A DNA stretch of 64,000 nt from the human T2T-CHM13v2.0 reference genome, Homo sapiens, in the NCBI RefSeq assembly GCF_009914755.1, contig NC_060933.1; one strand, written 5' to 3'. Both the position numbers and the translations under genes were made by a program. Positions 42,445 to 56,700 of this stretch are shown here, in pieces (the first letter of the stretch is position 1; each line of letters begins with the position of its first letter). The notes under the pieces are model-generated. The model was not told the DNA's origin, did no database searches, and worked only from the letters and a program-made list of their open reading frames with translations.

Positions 42445-45400
42445 CCCTGCACTCGCGTTGATTCCATTCCATTCCATTCCTTTCCATTCAATTCCATTCC
42501 ATTACAATTCGTTCCATTCCATTCTATTCCGTACCATTCCATTCCATTCCATACCATTCCATTCCATTCCGTTCCGTTCCATTCCGTTCCATTCCATTCC
42601 ATTCCATTCTATTCGAATTAATTCCATTCCATTCCATTCCATTCCATTCTATTCCATTCCATTGCAATCGAGTTGAATCCATTGCATTTCATTCCATTCC
42701 ATTCCATTCTGGAAGATTCCATTCCATTGCATTCCATTCCATTCCATTCCCCTGCACTCGCGTTGATTCCATTCCATTCCATTCCATTCCATTCCATTCC
42801 GTTCCGTTCCATTCCATTCCATTCCATTCCATTCCATTCCATTCCGTTCTGTTCCATTCCATTCCATTCCATTCTATTCGGGTTAATTCCATTCCATTCC
42901 ATTCGATTACAATCGAGTTGATTCCATTCCATTCCATTCCATTCCTTTCCATTCCATTCCATTCCATTCCATTCCATTCCTTTCCATTCCATTACGGATG
43001 ATTCCATTCCATTGCATTCCATTCCATTCCATTCCCCTGTACTCGGGTTGATTCCATTCCATTCCATTCGAATCCATGCCATTCCACTCGTGTTGATTCC
43101 ATTCTTTCCATTCCATTCAAGTTGAATCCATTCCATTGCATTCCATTCCATTCCATTCCCCTGCAGTCGGGTTGATTCCATTCCATTCCATTCCATTCCA
43201 TTCCATTCCGTTCCATTCCATTCCATTCCATTCCATTCGGGTTAATTCCATTCCATTCCATTCCATTCCAATCGAGTTGATTCCATTCCATTCCATTCCA
43301 TTCCATTCCACTCCATTCCGGATGATTCCATTCCATTGCATTCCATTCCATTCCATTCCCCTGAACTCGGGTTGATTCCATTCCATTCCACTCCATTCCG
43401 TTGCATTCCATTCCATTCCATTGTATTCGGGTTAATTCCATTCCATTCCATTCCATTCCATTCCATTCCATTACAATCGAGTTGATTCCATTCCATTCCA
43501 TTCCATTCCAGTCCTTTCCATTCCATTCCACTCGGGTTGATTCCATTCTATTAGTTTCCATTCCATTCCATTCCCTTCCATTCCACTCTGGTTGATACCA
43601 TTCCTTTCCATTCCACTCGAATACATTCCCTCCTATTCCACTCGGAACGATTCCATTCCATTCCATTCCATTCCATTCCATTCCATTCCATTCCATTCCA
43701 TTACATTCCAATCGAGTTGATTCCATTCCATTCCATTCCATTCCATTCCACTCCATTCCAGTCCTTTCCATTCTATTCCACTCGGGTTGATTCCAATATA
43801 TTCCTTTCCATTCCATTCCATTCCATTGCAATCGAGTTGATTCCATTGCTTTGCGTTCCATTCCATTCCATTCCATTCCGGATGATTCCATTCCATTGCA
43901 TTCCGTTCCATTCCATTCCCCTGCACTCGGGTTGATTCCATTCCATTCCGCTCCATTCCGTTCCATTCCATTCCATTGCATTGTATTTGGTTTAATTCCA
44001 TTCCATTCCATTCCATTCCATTCCATTCCATTCCATTCCATTACAATCGAGTTGATTCCATTCCATTCCATTCCGTTCCAGTCCTTTCCATTCCATTCCT
44101 CTCGGGTTGATTCCATTCTATTAGTTTCCATTCCATTCCATTCCCTTCAATTCCACTCAGGTTTTTTCCATTCCTTTCCATTCCACTCGAATACATTCCC
44201 TCCTATTCCACTCGGAACGATTCCATTCCATTCCATTCCATTCCATTCCATTCCATTCCATTTCGTTCCATTCCATTCTATTCCGTATCATTCCATTCCA
44301 TTCCATTCCATTCCATTCCATTCCATTCCATTCCATTCCAATCCATGCCATTCCACTCGTGTTGATTCCATTCTTTCCATTCCATTCAAGATGAATCCAT
44401 TCCATTGCATTCCATTCCATTCCATTCCATTCAATTCCATTCCATTCCATTCGGTTCCATTCCATTACATTCGGATTGATTCTTTTCAACTCCCTTACTC
44501 TCCATTACATTCCATTCCATTCGGATTGTTCCATTCCATTCCATTCCATTCCACTCCATTCCATTGCACTCGGGTTGATTCCATTCCATTCCATTGCATT
44601 CCATTCCATTCCATTCCTTTCCATTCCAGTCCTTTCCATTCCATTCCACTCGGGTTGATTCCATTCTATTAGTTTCCATTCCATTCCATTCCCTTCCATT
44701 CCACTCTGGTTGATTCCATTCCTTTCCATTCCACTCGAATACATTCCCTCCTATTCCACTCGGAACGATTCCATTCCATTCCATTCCATTCCATTCCATT
44801 CCATTCCATTCCATTCCATTTCGTTCCATTCCATTCTATTCCGTATCATTCCATTCCATTCCATTCCATTCCATTCCATTCCATTCCATTCCACTCGTGT
44901 TGATTTCATTCCTTTCCATTCCATTCGGTTTGAAGGCATTCCATTCCATTCCATTCCATTCCATTCCATTCCATTCCATTCCATTCCATTCCATTGTACT
45001 CGGGTTGATTCCATTCCATTGCATTCCATTCCATTCCATTGCATTCCATTCCGTTGCATTCCATTCCATTACATTCGGATTGATTCTATTCAACTCCCTT
45101 ACTCTCCATTACATTCCATTCCATTCGTGTTGTTCCATTCCATTCCATTCCATTCCACTCCATTCCATTGCACTCGGATTGATTCCATTCCATTCCATTC
45201 CATTCCATTCCATTCCATTCCATTCCGGATGATTCCATTGCATTGCATTCCGTTCCATTACATTCCCCTGCACTCGCGTTGATTCCATTCCATTCCATTC
45301 CATTCCATTCAATTCCATTCCATTACAATTCGTTCCATTCCATTCTATTCCGTACCATTCCATTCCATTCCATACAATTCCATTCCATTCCATTCCATTC

Positions 45401-48400
45401 CATTCCATTCCATTCCGTTCCATTCCGTTCCATTCCATTCCATTCCATTCTATTCGGGTTAATTCCATTCCATTCCATTCCATTCCATTCCACTCTATTC
45501 CATTCCATTGCAATCGAGTTGAATCTAGTGCATTTCATTCCATTCCATTCCATTCCATTCCGGAAGATTCCATTCCATTGCATTCCATTCCATTCCATTC
45601 CCCTGCACTCGCGTTGATTCCATTCCATTCCATTCCATTCCATTCCATTCCATTCCATTCCGTTCCGTTCCGTTCCATTCTATTCAATTCCATTCCATTC
45701 CTTCCGTTCCGTTCCATTCCATTCCATTCCATTCTATTCGGGTTAATTCCATTCCATTCCATTCGATTGCAATCGAGTTGATTCCATTCCATTCCATTCC
45801 ATTCCATTCCGTTCCATTCCATTCCTTTCCATTCCATTACGGATGATTCCATTCCATTGCATTCCATTCCATTCCATTCCCCTGTACTCGGGTTGATTCC
45901 ATTCCATTCCATTCCAATCCATGCCATTCCACTCGTGTTGATTCCATTCTTTCCATTCCATTCAAGTTGAATCCATTCCATTGCATTCCATTGCTTTCGA
46001 TTCCATTCGATTGCACTCGGGTTGATTCCATTCCATTGCATTCCACTCCATTCCATTCCATTCCATTCCATTCCGTTCCATTCCATTTCATTACATTCAG
46101 ATTGATTCTATTCAATTCCCTTACACTCCATTATATTCCAATCCATTCTGGTTGTTTCCATTCCATTCCATTCCATTTCACTCCATTCCATTGCACTCGG
46201 GTTGATTCCATTCCATTCCATTCCATTGCATTCCATTCCATTCCATTCCAGATGATTCCATTCCATTGCATTCCTTTCCATTCCATTCCCCTGCACTCGG
46301 GTTGATTCCATTCCATTCCATTCCATTAGATTCCGTTCCATTCCATTCCATTCCATTCGGATTGATTCTATTCAATTCCCTTACACTCCATTACATTCCA
46401 TTCCATTTGGGTAGTTTCCATTCCATTCCATTCCATTCCTCTCCATTCCATTGCACTCGGGTTGATTCCATTCCATTCCATTCCATTCCATTCCATTACG
46501 TTACATTACATTCCGTTCCATTGTACTCGGGTTGATTCCATTCCATTGCATTCCATTCCATTCCATTCCATTCCATTCCATTCCATTCCATTCTATTCGG
46601 TTTAATTCCATTCCATTCCATTCCATTCCATTCCATTCGATTCCATTCCATTGCAATCGAGTTGAATCCATTGCATTCCATTCCATTCCATTCCATTCCA
46701 TTCCAGAAGATTCCATTCCATTGCATTCCATTCCATTCCATTCCATTCCATTCCATTCAATTCCATTCCATTCCATTGTACTCGGGTTGATTCCATTCCA
46801 TTGCATTCCATTCCATTCCATTCCATTCCATTCCGTTCCATTCCGTTGCATTCCATTCCATTACATTCGGATTGATTCTATTCAACTCCCTTACTCTCCA
46901 TTACATTCCATTCCTTTTGGGTTGTTCCATTCCATTCCATTCCATTCCACTCCATTCCATTGCACTCGGGTTGATTCCATTCCATTCCATTCCATTCCAT
47001 TCCATTCCGGATGATTCCATTCCATTGCATTCCGTTCCATTACATTCCCGTGCACTCTCGTTGATTCCATTCCATTCCATTCAATTCCATTCAATTCCAT
47101 TCCATTACAATTCGTTCCATTCCATTCTATTCCGTACCATTCCATTCCATTCCATACCATTCCATTCCATTCCATTCCATTCCATTCCATTCCATTCCGT
47201 TCCATTCCGTTCCATTCCATTCCATTCCATTCTATTCGGGTTAATTCCATTCCATTCCATTCCATTCCATTCCATTCTATTCCATTCCATTGCAATCGAG
47301 TTGAATCCATTGCATTTCATTCCATTCCATTCCATTCCATTCCATTCCGGAAGATTCCATTCCATTGCATTCCATTCCATTCCATTCCCCTGCACTCGCG
47401 TTGATTCCATTCCATTCCATTCCATTCCATTCCATCCATTCCGTTCCGTTCCGTTCCATTCCATTCCATTCCATTCCATTCCATTCCGTTCCGTTCCATT
47501 CCATTCCATTCCATTCTATTCGGGTTAATTCCATTCCATTCCATTCGATTGCAATCGAGTTGATTCCATTCCATTCCATTCCATTCCATTCCATTCCATT
47601 CCTTTCCATTCCATTACGGATGATTCCATTCCATTGCATTCCATTCCATTCCATTCCCCTGTACTCGGGTTGATTCCATTCCATTCCATTCCCATCCATG
47701 CCATTCCACTCGTGTTGATTCCATTCTTTCCATTCCATTCAAGTTGAATCCATTCCATTGCATGCCATTCCATTTGATTCCATTCGATTGCACTCGGGTT
47801 GATTCCATTCCATTGCATTCCATTCCATTCCATTCCATTCCATTCCATTCCGTTCCATTCCATTCCATTCCATTCGGATTGATTCTATTCAATTCCCTTA
47901 CACTCCATTACATTCCATTCCATTCGGGTAGTTTCCATTCCATTCCATTCCATTCCTCTCCATTCCATTGCACTCGCGTTGATTCCATACCATTGCATTC
48001 CATTCCATTCCATTCAATTCCATTCCTTTCCATTCCATTCCATTACATTCGTATTGATTCTATTCAACTCCCTTACTCTCCATTACATTCCATTCCATTC
48101 GGGTAGTTTCCATTCCATTCCATTCCATTCCACTCCATTCCATTGCACTCGGGTTTATTCCATTCCATTCCATTCCATTCCATTCCGGAAGATTCCATTC
48201 CATTGCATTCCATTCCATTCCATTCCCCTGCACTCGCGTTGATTCCATTCCATTCCATTCCACTCCATTCCATTCCATTGCATTCCGTTCCATTCCATTC
48301 CATTCCATTCCATACCAATCCATTCCATTCCGTTCCGTTCCGTTCCATTCCATTCCATTCCATTCTATTCGGGTTAATTCCATTCCATTCCATTCGATTG

Positions 48401-51400
48401 CAATCGAGTTGATTCCATTCCATTCTATTCCATTCCATTCCATTCCTTTCCATTCCATTAAGGATGATTCCATTCCATTGCATTCCATTCCATTCCATTC
48501 CCCTGTACTCGGGTTCATTCCATTCCATTCCATTCCAATCCATGCCATTCCACTCGTGTTGATTCCATTCTTTCCATTCCATTCAAGTTGAATCCATTCC
48601 ATTGCATTCCATTCCATTCCATTACCCTGCAGTCGGGTTGATTCCATTCCATTCCATTCCATTCCATTCCATTCCATTCCATTCCGTTCCGTTCCGTTCC
48701 ATTCCATTACATTCCATTCTATTCGGGTTAATTCCATTCCATTCCATTCCATTCCAATCGAGTTGATTCCATTCCATTCCATTCCATTCCATTCCACTCC
48801 ATTCCAGTCCTTTCCATTCCATTCCACTCGGGTTGATTCCAATGTATTCCTTTCCATTCCATTCCATTCCTATGCAATCGAGTTGATTCCATTGGTTTGC
48901 ATTCCATTCCATTCCATTCCATTCCGTATGATTCCATTCCATTGCATTCCATTCCATTCCATTCCCCTACACTCGGGTTGATTCCATTCCATTCCACTCC
49001 ATTCCGTTGCATTCCATTCCATTCCATTGTATTCGGGTTAATTCCATTCCATTCCATTCCATTCCATTCCATTCGATTACAATCGAGTTGATTCCATCCC
49101 ATTCCATTCCATTCCAATCCTTTCCATTCCATTCCACTCGGGTTGATTCCATTCTATTAGTTTCCATTCCATTCCATTCCCTTCCATTCCACTCTGGTTG
49201 ATACCATTCCTTTCCATTCCACTCGAATACATTCCCTCCTATTCCACTCGGAACGATTCCATTCCATTCCATTCCATTCCATTCCATTCCATTCCATTCC
49301 ATTCCATTCCATTCCATTTCGTTCCATTCCATTCTATTCCGTATCATTCCATTCCATTCCATTCCATTCCATTGTACTCGGGTTGATTCCATTCCATTGC
49401 ATTCCATTCCATTCCATTCCATTCCATTCCGTTGCATTCCATTCCATTACATTCGGATTGATTCTATTCAACTCCCTTACTCTCCATTACATTCCACTCC
49501 ATTCGGGTTGTTCCATTCCATTCCATTCCATTCCACTCCATTCCATTGCAGTCGGGGTGACTCCTTTCCATTCCATTCCATTCCATTCCGGATGATTCCA
49601 TTCCATTGCATTCCGTTCCATTACATTCCCCTGCACTCGCGTTGATTCCATTCCATTCCATTCCATTCCATTCAATTCCATTCCATTACAATTCGTTCCA
49701 TTCCATTCTATTCCGTACCATTCCATTCCATTCCATACCATTCCATTCCATTCCATTCCATTCCATTCCATTCCGTTCCATTCCGTTCCATTCCATTCCA
49801 TTCCATTCTATTCGGATTAATTCCATTCCATTCCATTCCATTCTATTCCATTCCATTGCAATCGAGTTGAATCCATTTCATTTCATTCCATTCCATTCCA
49901 TTCCATTCCATTCCGTTCCTTTCCATTCCATTCCATTCCATTCTATTCGGGTTAATTCCATTCCATTCCATTCGATTGCAATCGAGTTGATTCCATTCCA
50001 TTCCATTCCATTCCATTCCATTCCATTCCATTCCTTTCCATTCCATTACGGATGATTCCATTCCATTGCATTCCATTCCATTCCATTCCCCTGTACTCAG
50101 GTTGATTCCATTCCATTCCATTCCATTCCATTCGATTCCATTCCATTCCCCTGCACTCGCGTTGATTCCATTCCATTCCATTCCATTCCATTCCATTCCA
50201 TTCCATTCCATTCGATTCCTTTACATTGCAGTCTTTTCCATTCCATTCCACTCGGGTTGATTCCATTCTATTAGTTTCCATTCCATTCCATTCCCTTCCA
50301 TTCCACTCTGGTTGATTCCATTCCTTTCCATTCCACTCGAATACATTCCCTCCTATTCCACTCGGAACGATTCCATTCCATTCCATTCCATTCCATTCCA
50401 TTCCATTCCATTCCATTCCATTCCATTCCATTCCGGAAGATTCCATTCCATTGCATTCCATTCCATTCCATTCCCCTTCACTCGCGTTGATTCCATTGCA
50501 TTCCATTCTATTCCATTCCATTCCCTTCCTTTCCGTTCCATTCCATTCCATTGCATTCCATTCCATTCCATTCCATTCCGTTCCGTTCCATTCCATTCCA
50601 TTCCATTCCATTCGGGTTAATTCCATTCCATTCCATTCGATTGCAATCAAGTTGATTCCATTCCATTCCATTCCATTCCATTCCATTCCTTTCCATTCCA
50701 TTACGGATAATTCCATTCCATTGCATTCCATTCCATTCCATTCCCCTGTACTCGGGTTGATTCCATTCCATTCCATTCCAATCCATGCCATTCCACTTGT
50801 GTTGATTCCATTCTTTCCATTCCATTCAAGTTGAATCCATTCCATTACATTACATTCCATTCGATTCCGTTCGATTGCACTCGGGTTGATTCCATTCCAT
50901 TGCATTCCATTCCATTCCATTCCATTCCATTCCATTCCATTCCGTTCCATTCCATTCCATTACATTCGGATTGATTCTATTCAATTCCCTTACACTCCAT
51001 TACATTCCATTCCATTCGGGTAGTTTCCATTCCATTCCATTCCATTCCTCTCCATTCCATTGAACTCGGGTTGATTCCATTCCATTGCATTCCATTCCAT
51101 TCCATTCCATTCCATACCGTTCCATTCCATTCCATTACATTCGGATTGATTCTATTCAACTCCCTTAGTCTCCTTTACATTCCATTCCATTCGGGTTGTT
51201 CCATTCCATTCCATTCCATTCCACTCCATTCCATTGCACTCGGGTTTCTTCCATTCCATTCCATTCCATTCCATTCCATTCCATTCCATTCCATTCCGGA
51301 AGATTCCATTCCATTGCATTCCATTCCATTCCATTCCATTCCATTCCATTCCATTCCATTCGGGAAGATTCCATTCCATTGCATTCCATTCCATTCCATT

Positions 51401-53798
51401 CCCCTGCACTCGCGTTGATTCCATTCCATTCCATTCCATTCCATTCCATTCCATTCCTTTCCGTTCCATTCCATTCCATTCCATTCCATTCCAAACCATT
51501 CCATTCCGTTCCGTTCCGTTCCATTCCCTTCCATTCCATTCTATTCGGGTTAATTCCATTCCATTCCATTCCATTGCAATCGAGTTGATTCCATTCCATT
51601 CCATTCCATTCCATTCCATTCCATTCCATTCCTTTCCATTCCATTACGGATGATTCCATTCCATTGCATTCCATTCCATTCCATTCCTCTGTACTCGGGT
51701 TGATTCCATTCCATTCCATTCCAATCCATGCCATTCCACTCGTGTTGATTCCATTCTTTCCATTCCATTCAAGTTGAATCCATTCCATTGCATTCCATTC
51801 CATTCCATTCCCCTGCAGTCGGGTTGTTTCCATTCCATTCCATTCCATTCCATTCCATTCCATTCCATTCCATTCCATTCCATTCCGTTCCATTCCATTC
51901 CATTCCATTCTATTCCGGTTAATTCCATTCCATTCAATTCCATTCCATTCCATTCCATTCCATTCCAGTCGAGTTGATTCCATTCCATTCCATTCCATTC
52001 CATTCCACTCCATTCCAGTCCTTTCCATTCCATTCCACTCGGGTTAATTCCAATGTATTCCTTTGCATTCCATTCCATTCCATTGCAATCGAGTTGATTC
52101 CATTGCGTTGCATTCCATTCCATTCCATTCCATTCCGGATTATTCCATTCCATTGCATTCCATTCCATTCCATTCCATTCCATTCCATTCCATTCCATTT
52201 CGTTCCATTCCATTCCATTACATTCGGATTGATTCTATTCAACTCCCTTACTCTCCATTACATTCCATTCCATTCGGGTTGTTCCATTCCATTCCATTCC
52301 ATTCCACTCCATTCCATTGCACTCGGGTTGATTCCATTGCATTCCATTCCATTCCATTCCATTCCATTCCATTCCATTCCGTTCCATTCCATTCCATTCC
52401 ATTCGGGTTAATTCCATTCCATTCCATTCCATTCCATTCCATTCCAATCGAGTTGATTCCATTCCATTCCATTCCATTCCATTCCACTCCATTCCGGATG
52501 ATTCCATTCCATTGCATTCCATTCCATTCCATTCCCCTGCACTCGGGTTGATTCCATTCCATTCCACTCCATTCCGTTCCATTCCATTCCATTCCATTGT
52601 ATTCGGGTTAATTCCATTCCATTCCATTCCATTCCATTCCATTCCATTCCATTACAATCGAGTTGATTCCATTCCATTCCATTCCATTCCAGTCCTTTCC
52701 ATTCCATTCCACTCGGGTTGATTCCATTCTATTAGTTTCCATTCCATTCCATTCCCTTCCATTCCACTCTGGTTGATACCATTCCTTTCCATTCCACTCG
52801 AATACATTCCCTCCTATTCCACTCGGAACGATTCCATTCCATTCCATTCCATTCCATTCCATTCCATTCCATTCCATTCCATTACATTCCAATCGAGTTG
52901 ATTCCATTCCATTCCATTCCATTCCACTCCATTCCAGTCCTTTCCATTCCAATCCACTCGGGTTGATTCCAATATATTCCTTTCCAATCCATTCCATTCC
53001 ATTGCAATCGAGTTGATTCCATTGCTTTGCATTCCATTCCATTCCATTCCATTCCGGATGATTCCATTCCATTGCATTCCGTTCCATTCCATTCCCCTGC
53101 ACTCGGGTTGATTCCATTCCATTCCACTCCATTCCGTTCCATTCCATTCCATTGCATTGTATTTGGGTTAATTCCATTCCATTCCATTCCATTCCATTCC
53201 ATTCCATTCCATTACAATCGAGTTGATTCCATTCCATTCCATTCCGTTCCAGTCCTTTCCATTCCATTCCTCTCGGGTTGATTCCATTCTATTAGTTTCC
53301 ATTCCATTCCATTCCCTTCAATTCCACTCAGGTTGTTTCCATTCCTTTCCATTCCACTCGAATACATTCCCTCCTATTCCACTCGGAACGATTCCATTCC
53401 ATTCCATTCCATTCCATTCCATTCCATTCCATTCCATTCCACTCCATTCCATTCCATTCCATTCCATTTCGTTCCATTCCATTCTATTCCGTATCATTCC
53501 ATTCCATTCCATTACATTCCATTCCATTCCATTCCATTGTACTCGGGTTGATTCAATTCCATTGCATTCCATTCCATTCCATTCCATTCCCTTCCGTTGC
53601 ATTCCATTCCATTACATTCGGATTGATTCTATTCAACTCCCTTACTCTCCATTACATTCCATTCCATTCGGGTTGTTCCATTCCATTCCATTCCATTCCA
53701 CTCCATTCCATTGCACTCGGGTTGATTCCATTCCATTCCATTCCATTCCATTCCATTCCGGATGATTCCATTCCATTACATTCCGTTCCATTACATTC
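42445..53798 (+). repeat. Monomer B, second copy (11,354 bp)
   Basis: B-specific markers TTCTGGAAG (~42707), CCTGAACTC (~43360), ATCTAGTGC (~45523), CAGTCGGGGTGA (~49549) and CTTAGTCTCCTTTAC (~51164). Confidence 0.85.
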
Positions 53799-56700
53799 CC
53801 CTGCACTCGCGTTGATTCCATTCCATTCCATTCCTTTCCATTCAATAACATTCCATTACAATTCGTTCCATTCCATTCTATTCCGTACCATTCCATTCCA
53901 TTCCATACCATTCCATTCCATTCCGTTCCGTTCCATTCCGTTCCATTCCATTCCATTCCATTCTATTCGAATTAATTCCATTCCATTCCATTCCATTCCA
54001 TTCTATTCCATTCCATTGCAATCGAGTTGAATCCATTGCATTTCATTCCATTCCATTCCATTCCGGAAGATTCCATTCCATTGCATTCCATTCCATTCCA
54101 TTCCCCTGCACTCGCGTTGATTCCATTCCATTCCATTCCATTCCATTCCATTCCGTTCCGTTCCATTCCATTCCATTCCATTCCATTCCATTCCGTTCTG
54201 TTCCATTCCATTCCATTCCATTCTATTCGTGTTAATTCCATTCCATTCCATTCGATTACAATCGAGTTGATTCCATTCCATTCCATTCCATTCCATTCCA
54301 TTCCATTCCATTCCTTTCCATTCCATTACGGATGATTCCATTCCATTGCATTCCATTCCATTCCATTCCCCTGTACTCGGGTTGATTCCATTCCATTCCA
54401 TTGCAATCCATGCCATTCCACTCGTGTTGATTCCATTCTTTCCATTCCATTCAAGTTGAATCCATTCCATTGCATTCCATTCCATTCCATTCCCCTGCAG
54501 TCGGGTTGATTCCATTCCATTCCATTCCATTCCATTCCATTCCGTTCCATTCCATTCCATTCCATTCCATTCGGGTTAATTCCATTCCATTCCATTCCAT
54601 TCCATTCCAATCGAGTTGATTCCATTCCATTCCATTCCATTCCATTCCACTCCATTCCGGATGATTCCATTCCATTGCATTCCATTCCCCTGCACTCGGG
54701 TTGATTCCATTCCATTCCACTCCATTCCGTTCCATTCCATTCCATTCCATTGTATTCGGGTTAATTCCATTCCATTCCATTCCATTCCATTCCATTCCAT
54801 TACAATCGAGTTGATTCCATTCCATTCCATTCCATTCCAGTCCTTTCCATTCCATTCCACTCGGGTTGATTCCATTCTATTAGTTTCCATTCCATTCCAT
54901 TCCCTTCCATTCCACTCTGGTTGATACCATTCCTTTCCATTCCACTCGAATACATTCCCTCCTATTCCACTCGGAACGATTCCATTCCATTCCATTCCAT
55001 TCCATTCCATTCCATTCCATTACATTCCATTACATTCCAATCGAGTTGATTCCATTCCATTCCATTCCATTCCATTCCACTCCATTCCAGTCCTTTCCAT
55101 TCCATTCCACTCGGGTTGATTCCAATATATTCCTTTCCATTCCATTCCATTCCATTGCAATCGAGTTGATTCCATTGCTTTGCATTCCATTCCATTCCAT
55201 TCCATTCCGGATGATTCCATTCCATTGCATTCCGTTCCATTCCATTCCCCTGCACTCGGGTTGATTCCATTCCATTCCACTCCATTCCGTTCCATCCCAT
55301 TCCATTGCATTGTATTTGGGTTAATTCCATTCCATTCCATTCCATTCCATTCCATTCCATTCCATTACAATCGAGTTGATTCCATTCAATTCCATTCCGT
55401 TCCAGTCCTTTCCATTCCATTCCTCTCGGGTTGATTCCATTCTATTAGTTTCCATTCCATTCCATTCCCTTCAATTCCACTCAGGTTTTTTCCATTCCTT
55501 TCCATTCCACTCGAAAACATTCCCTCCTATTCCACTCGGAACGATTCCATTCCATTCCATTCCATTCCATTCCATTCCATTCCATTTCGTTCCTTTCCAT
55601 TCTATTCCGTATCATTCCATTCCATTCCATTCCATTCCATTCCATTCCATTCCATTCCAATCCATGCCATTCCACTCGTGTTGATTCCATTCTTTCCATT
55701 CCATTCAAGATGAATCCATTCCATTGCATTCCATTCCATTCCATTCCATTCCATTCCATTCCATTCCATTCCATTCGGTTCCATTCCATTACATTCGGAT
55801 TGATTCTTTTCAACTCCCTTACTCTCCATTACATTCCATTCCATTCGGATTGTTCCATTCCATTCCATTCCATTCCACTCCATTCCATTGCACTCGGGTT
55901 GATTCCATTCCATTCCATTGCATTCCATTCCATTCCATTCCTTTCCATTCCAGTCCTTTCCATTCCATTCCACTCGGGTTGATTCCATTCTATTAGTTTC
56001 CATTCCATTCCATTCCCTTCCATTCCACTCTGGTTGATTCCATTCCTTTCCATTCCACTAGAATACATTCCCTCCTATTCCAATCGGAACGATTCCATTC
56101 CATTCCATTCCATTCCATTCCATTCCATTCCATTCCATTCCATTCCATTCCATTTCGTTCCATTCCATTCTATTCCGTATCATTCCATTCCATTCCATTC
56201 CATTCCATTCCATTCCATTCCATTCCACTCGTGTTGATTTCATTCCTTTCCATTCCATTCGGTTTGAAGGCATTCCATTCCATTCCATTCCATTCCATTC
56301 CATTCCATTCCATTCCATTCCATTCCATTCCATTCCATTGTACTCGGGTTGATTCCATTCCATTGCATTCCATTCCATTCCATTGCATTCCATTCCGTTG
56401 CATTCCATTCCATTACATTCGGATTGATTCTATTCAACTCCCTTACTCTCCATTACATTCCATTCCATTCGGGTTGTTCCATTCCATTCCATTCCATTCC
56501 ACTCCATTCCATTGCACTCGGATTGATTCCATTCCATTCCATTCCATTCCATTCCATTCCATTCCATTCCGGATGATTCCATTCCATTGCATTCCGTTCC
56601 ATTACATTCCCCTGCACTCGCGTTGATTCCATTCCATTCCATTCCATTCCATTCAATTCCATTCCATTACAATTCGTTCCATTCCATTCTATTCCGTACC

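Noticed and set aside
42992-44131. Longest ORF (379 aa, - strand)
   Set aside because: It is a low-complexity pentamer translation. The paralogous region near 12.4-13.5 kb gives a different ORF because of 5-bp slips, so there is no coding constraint.
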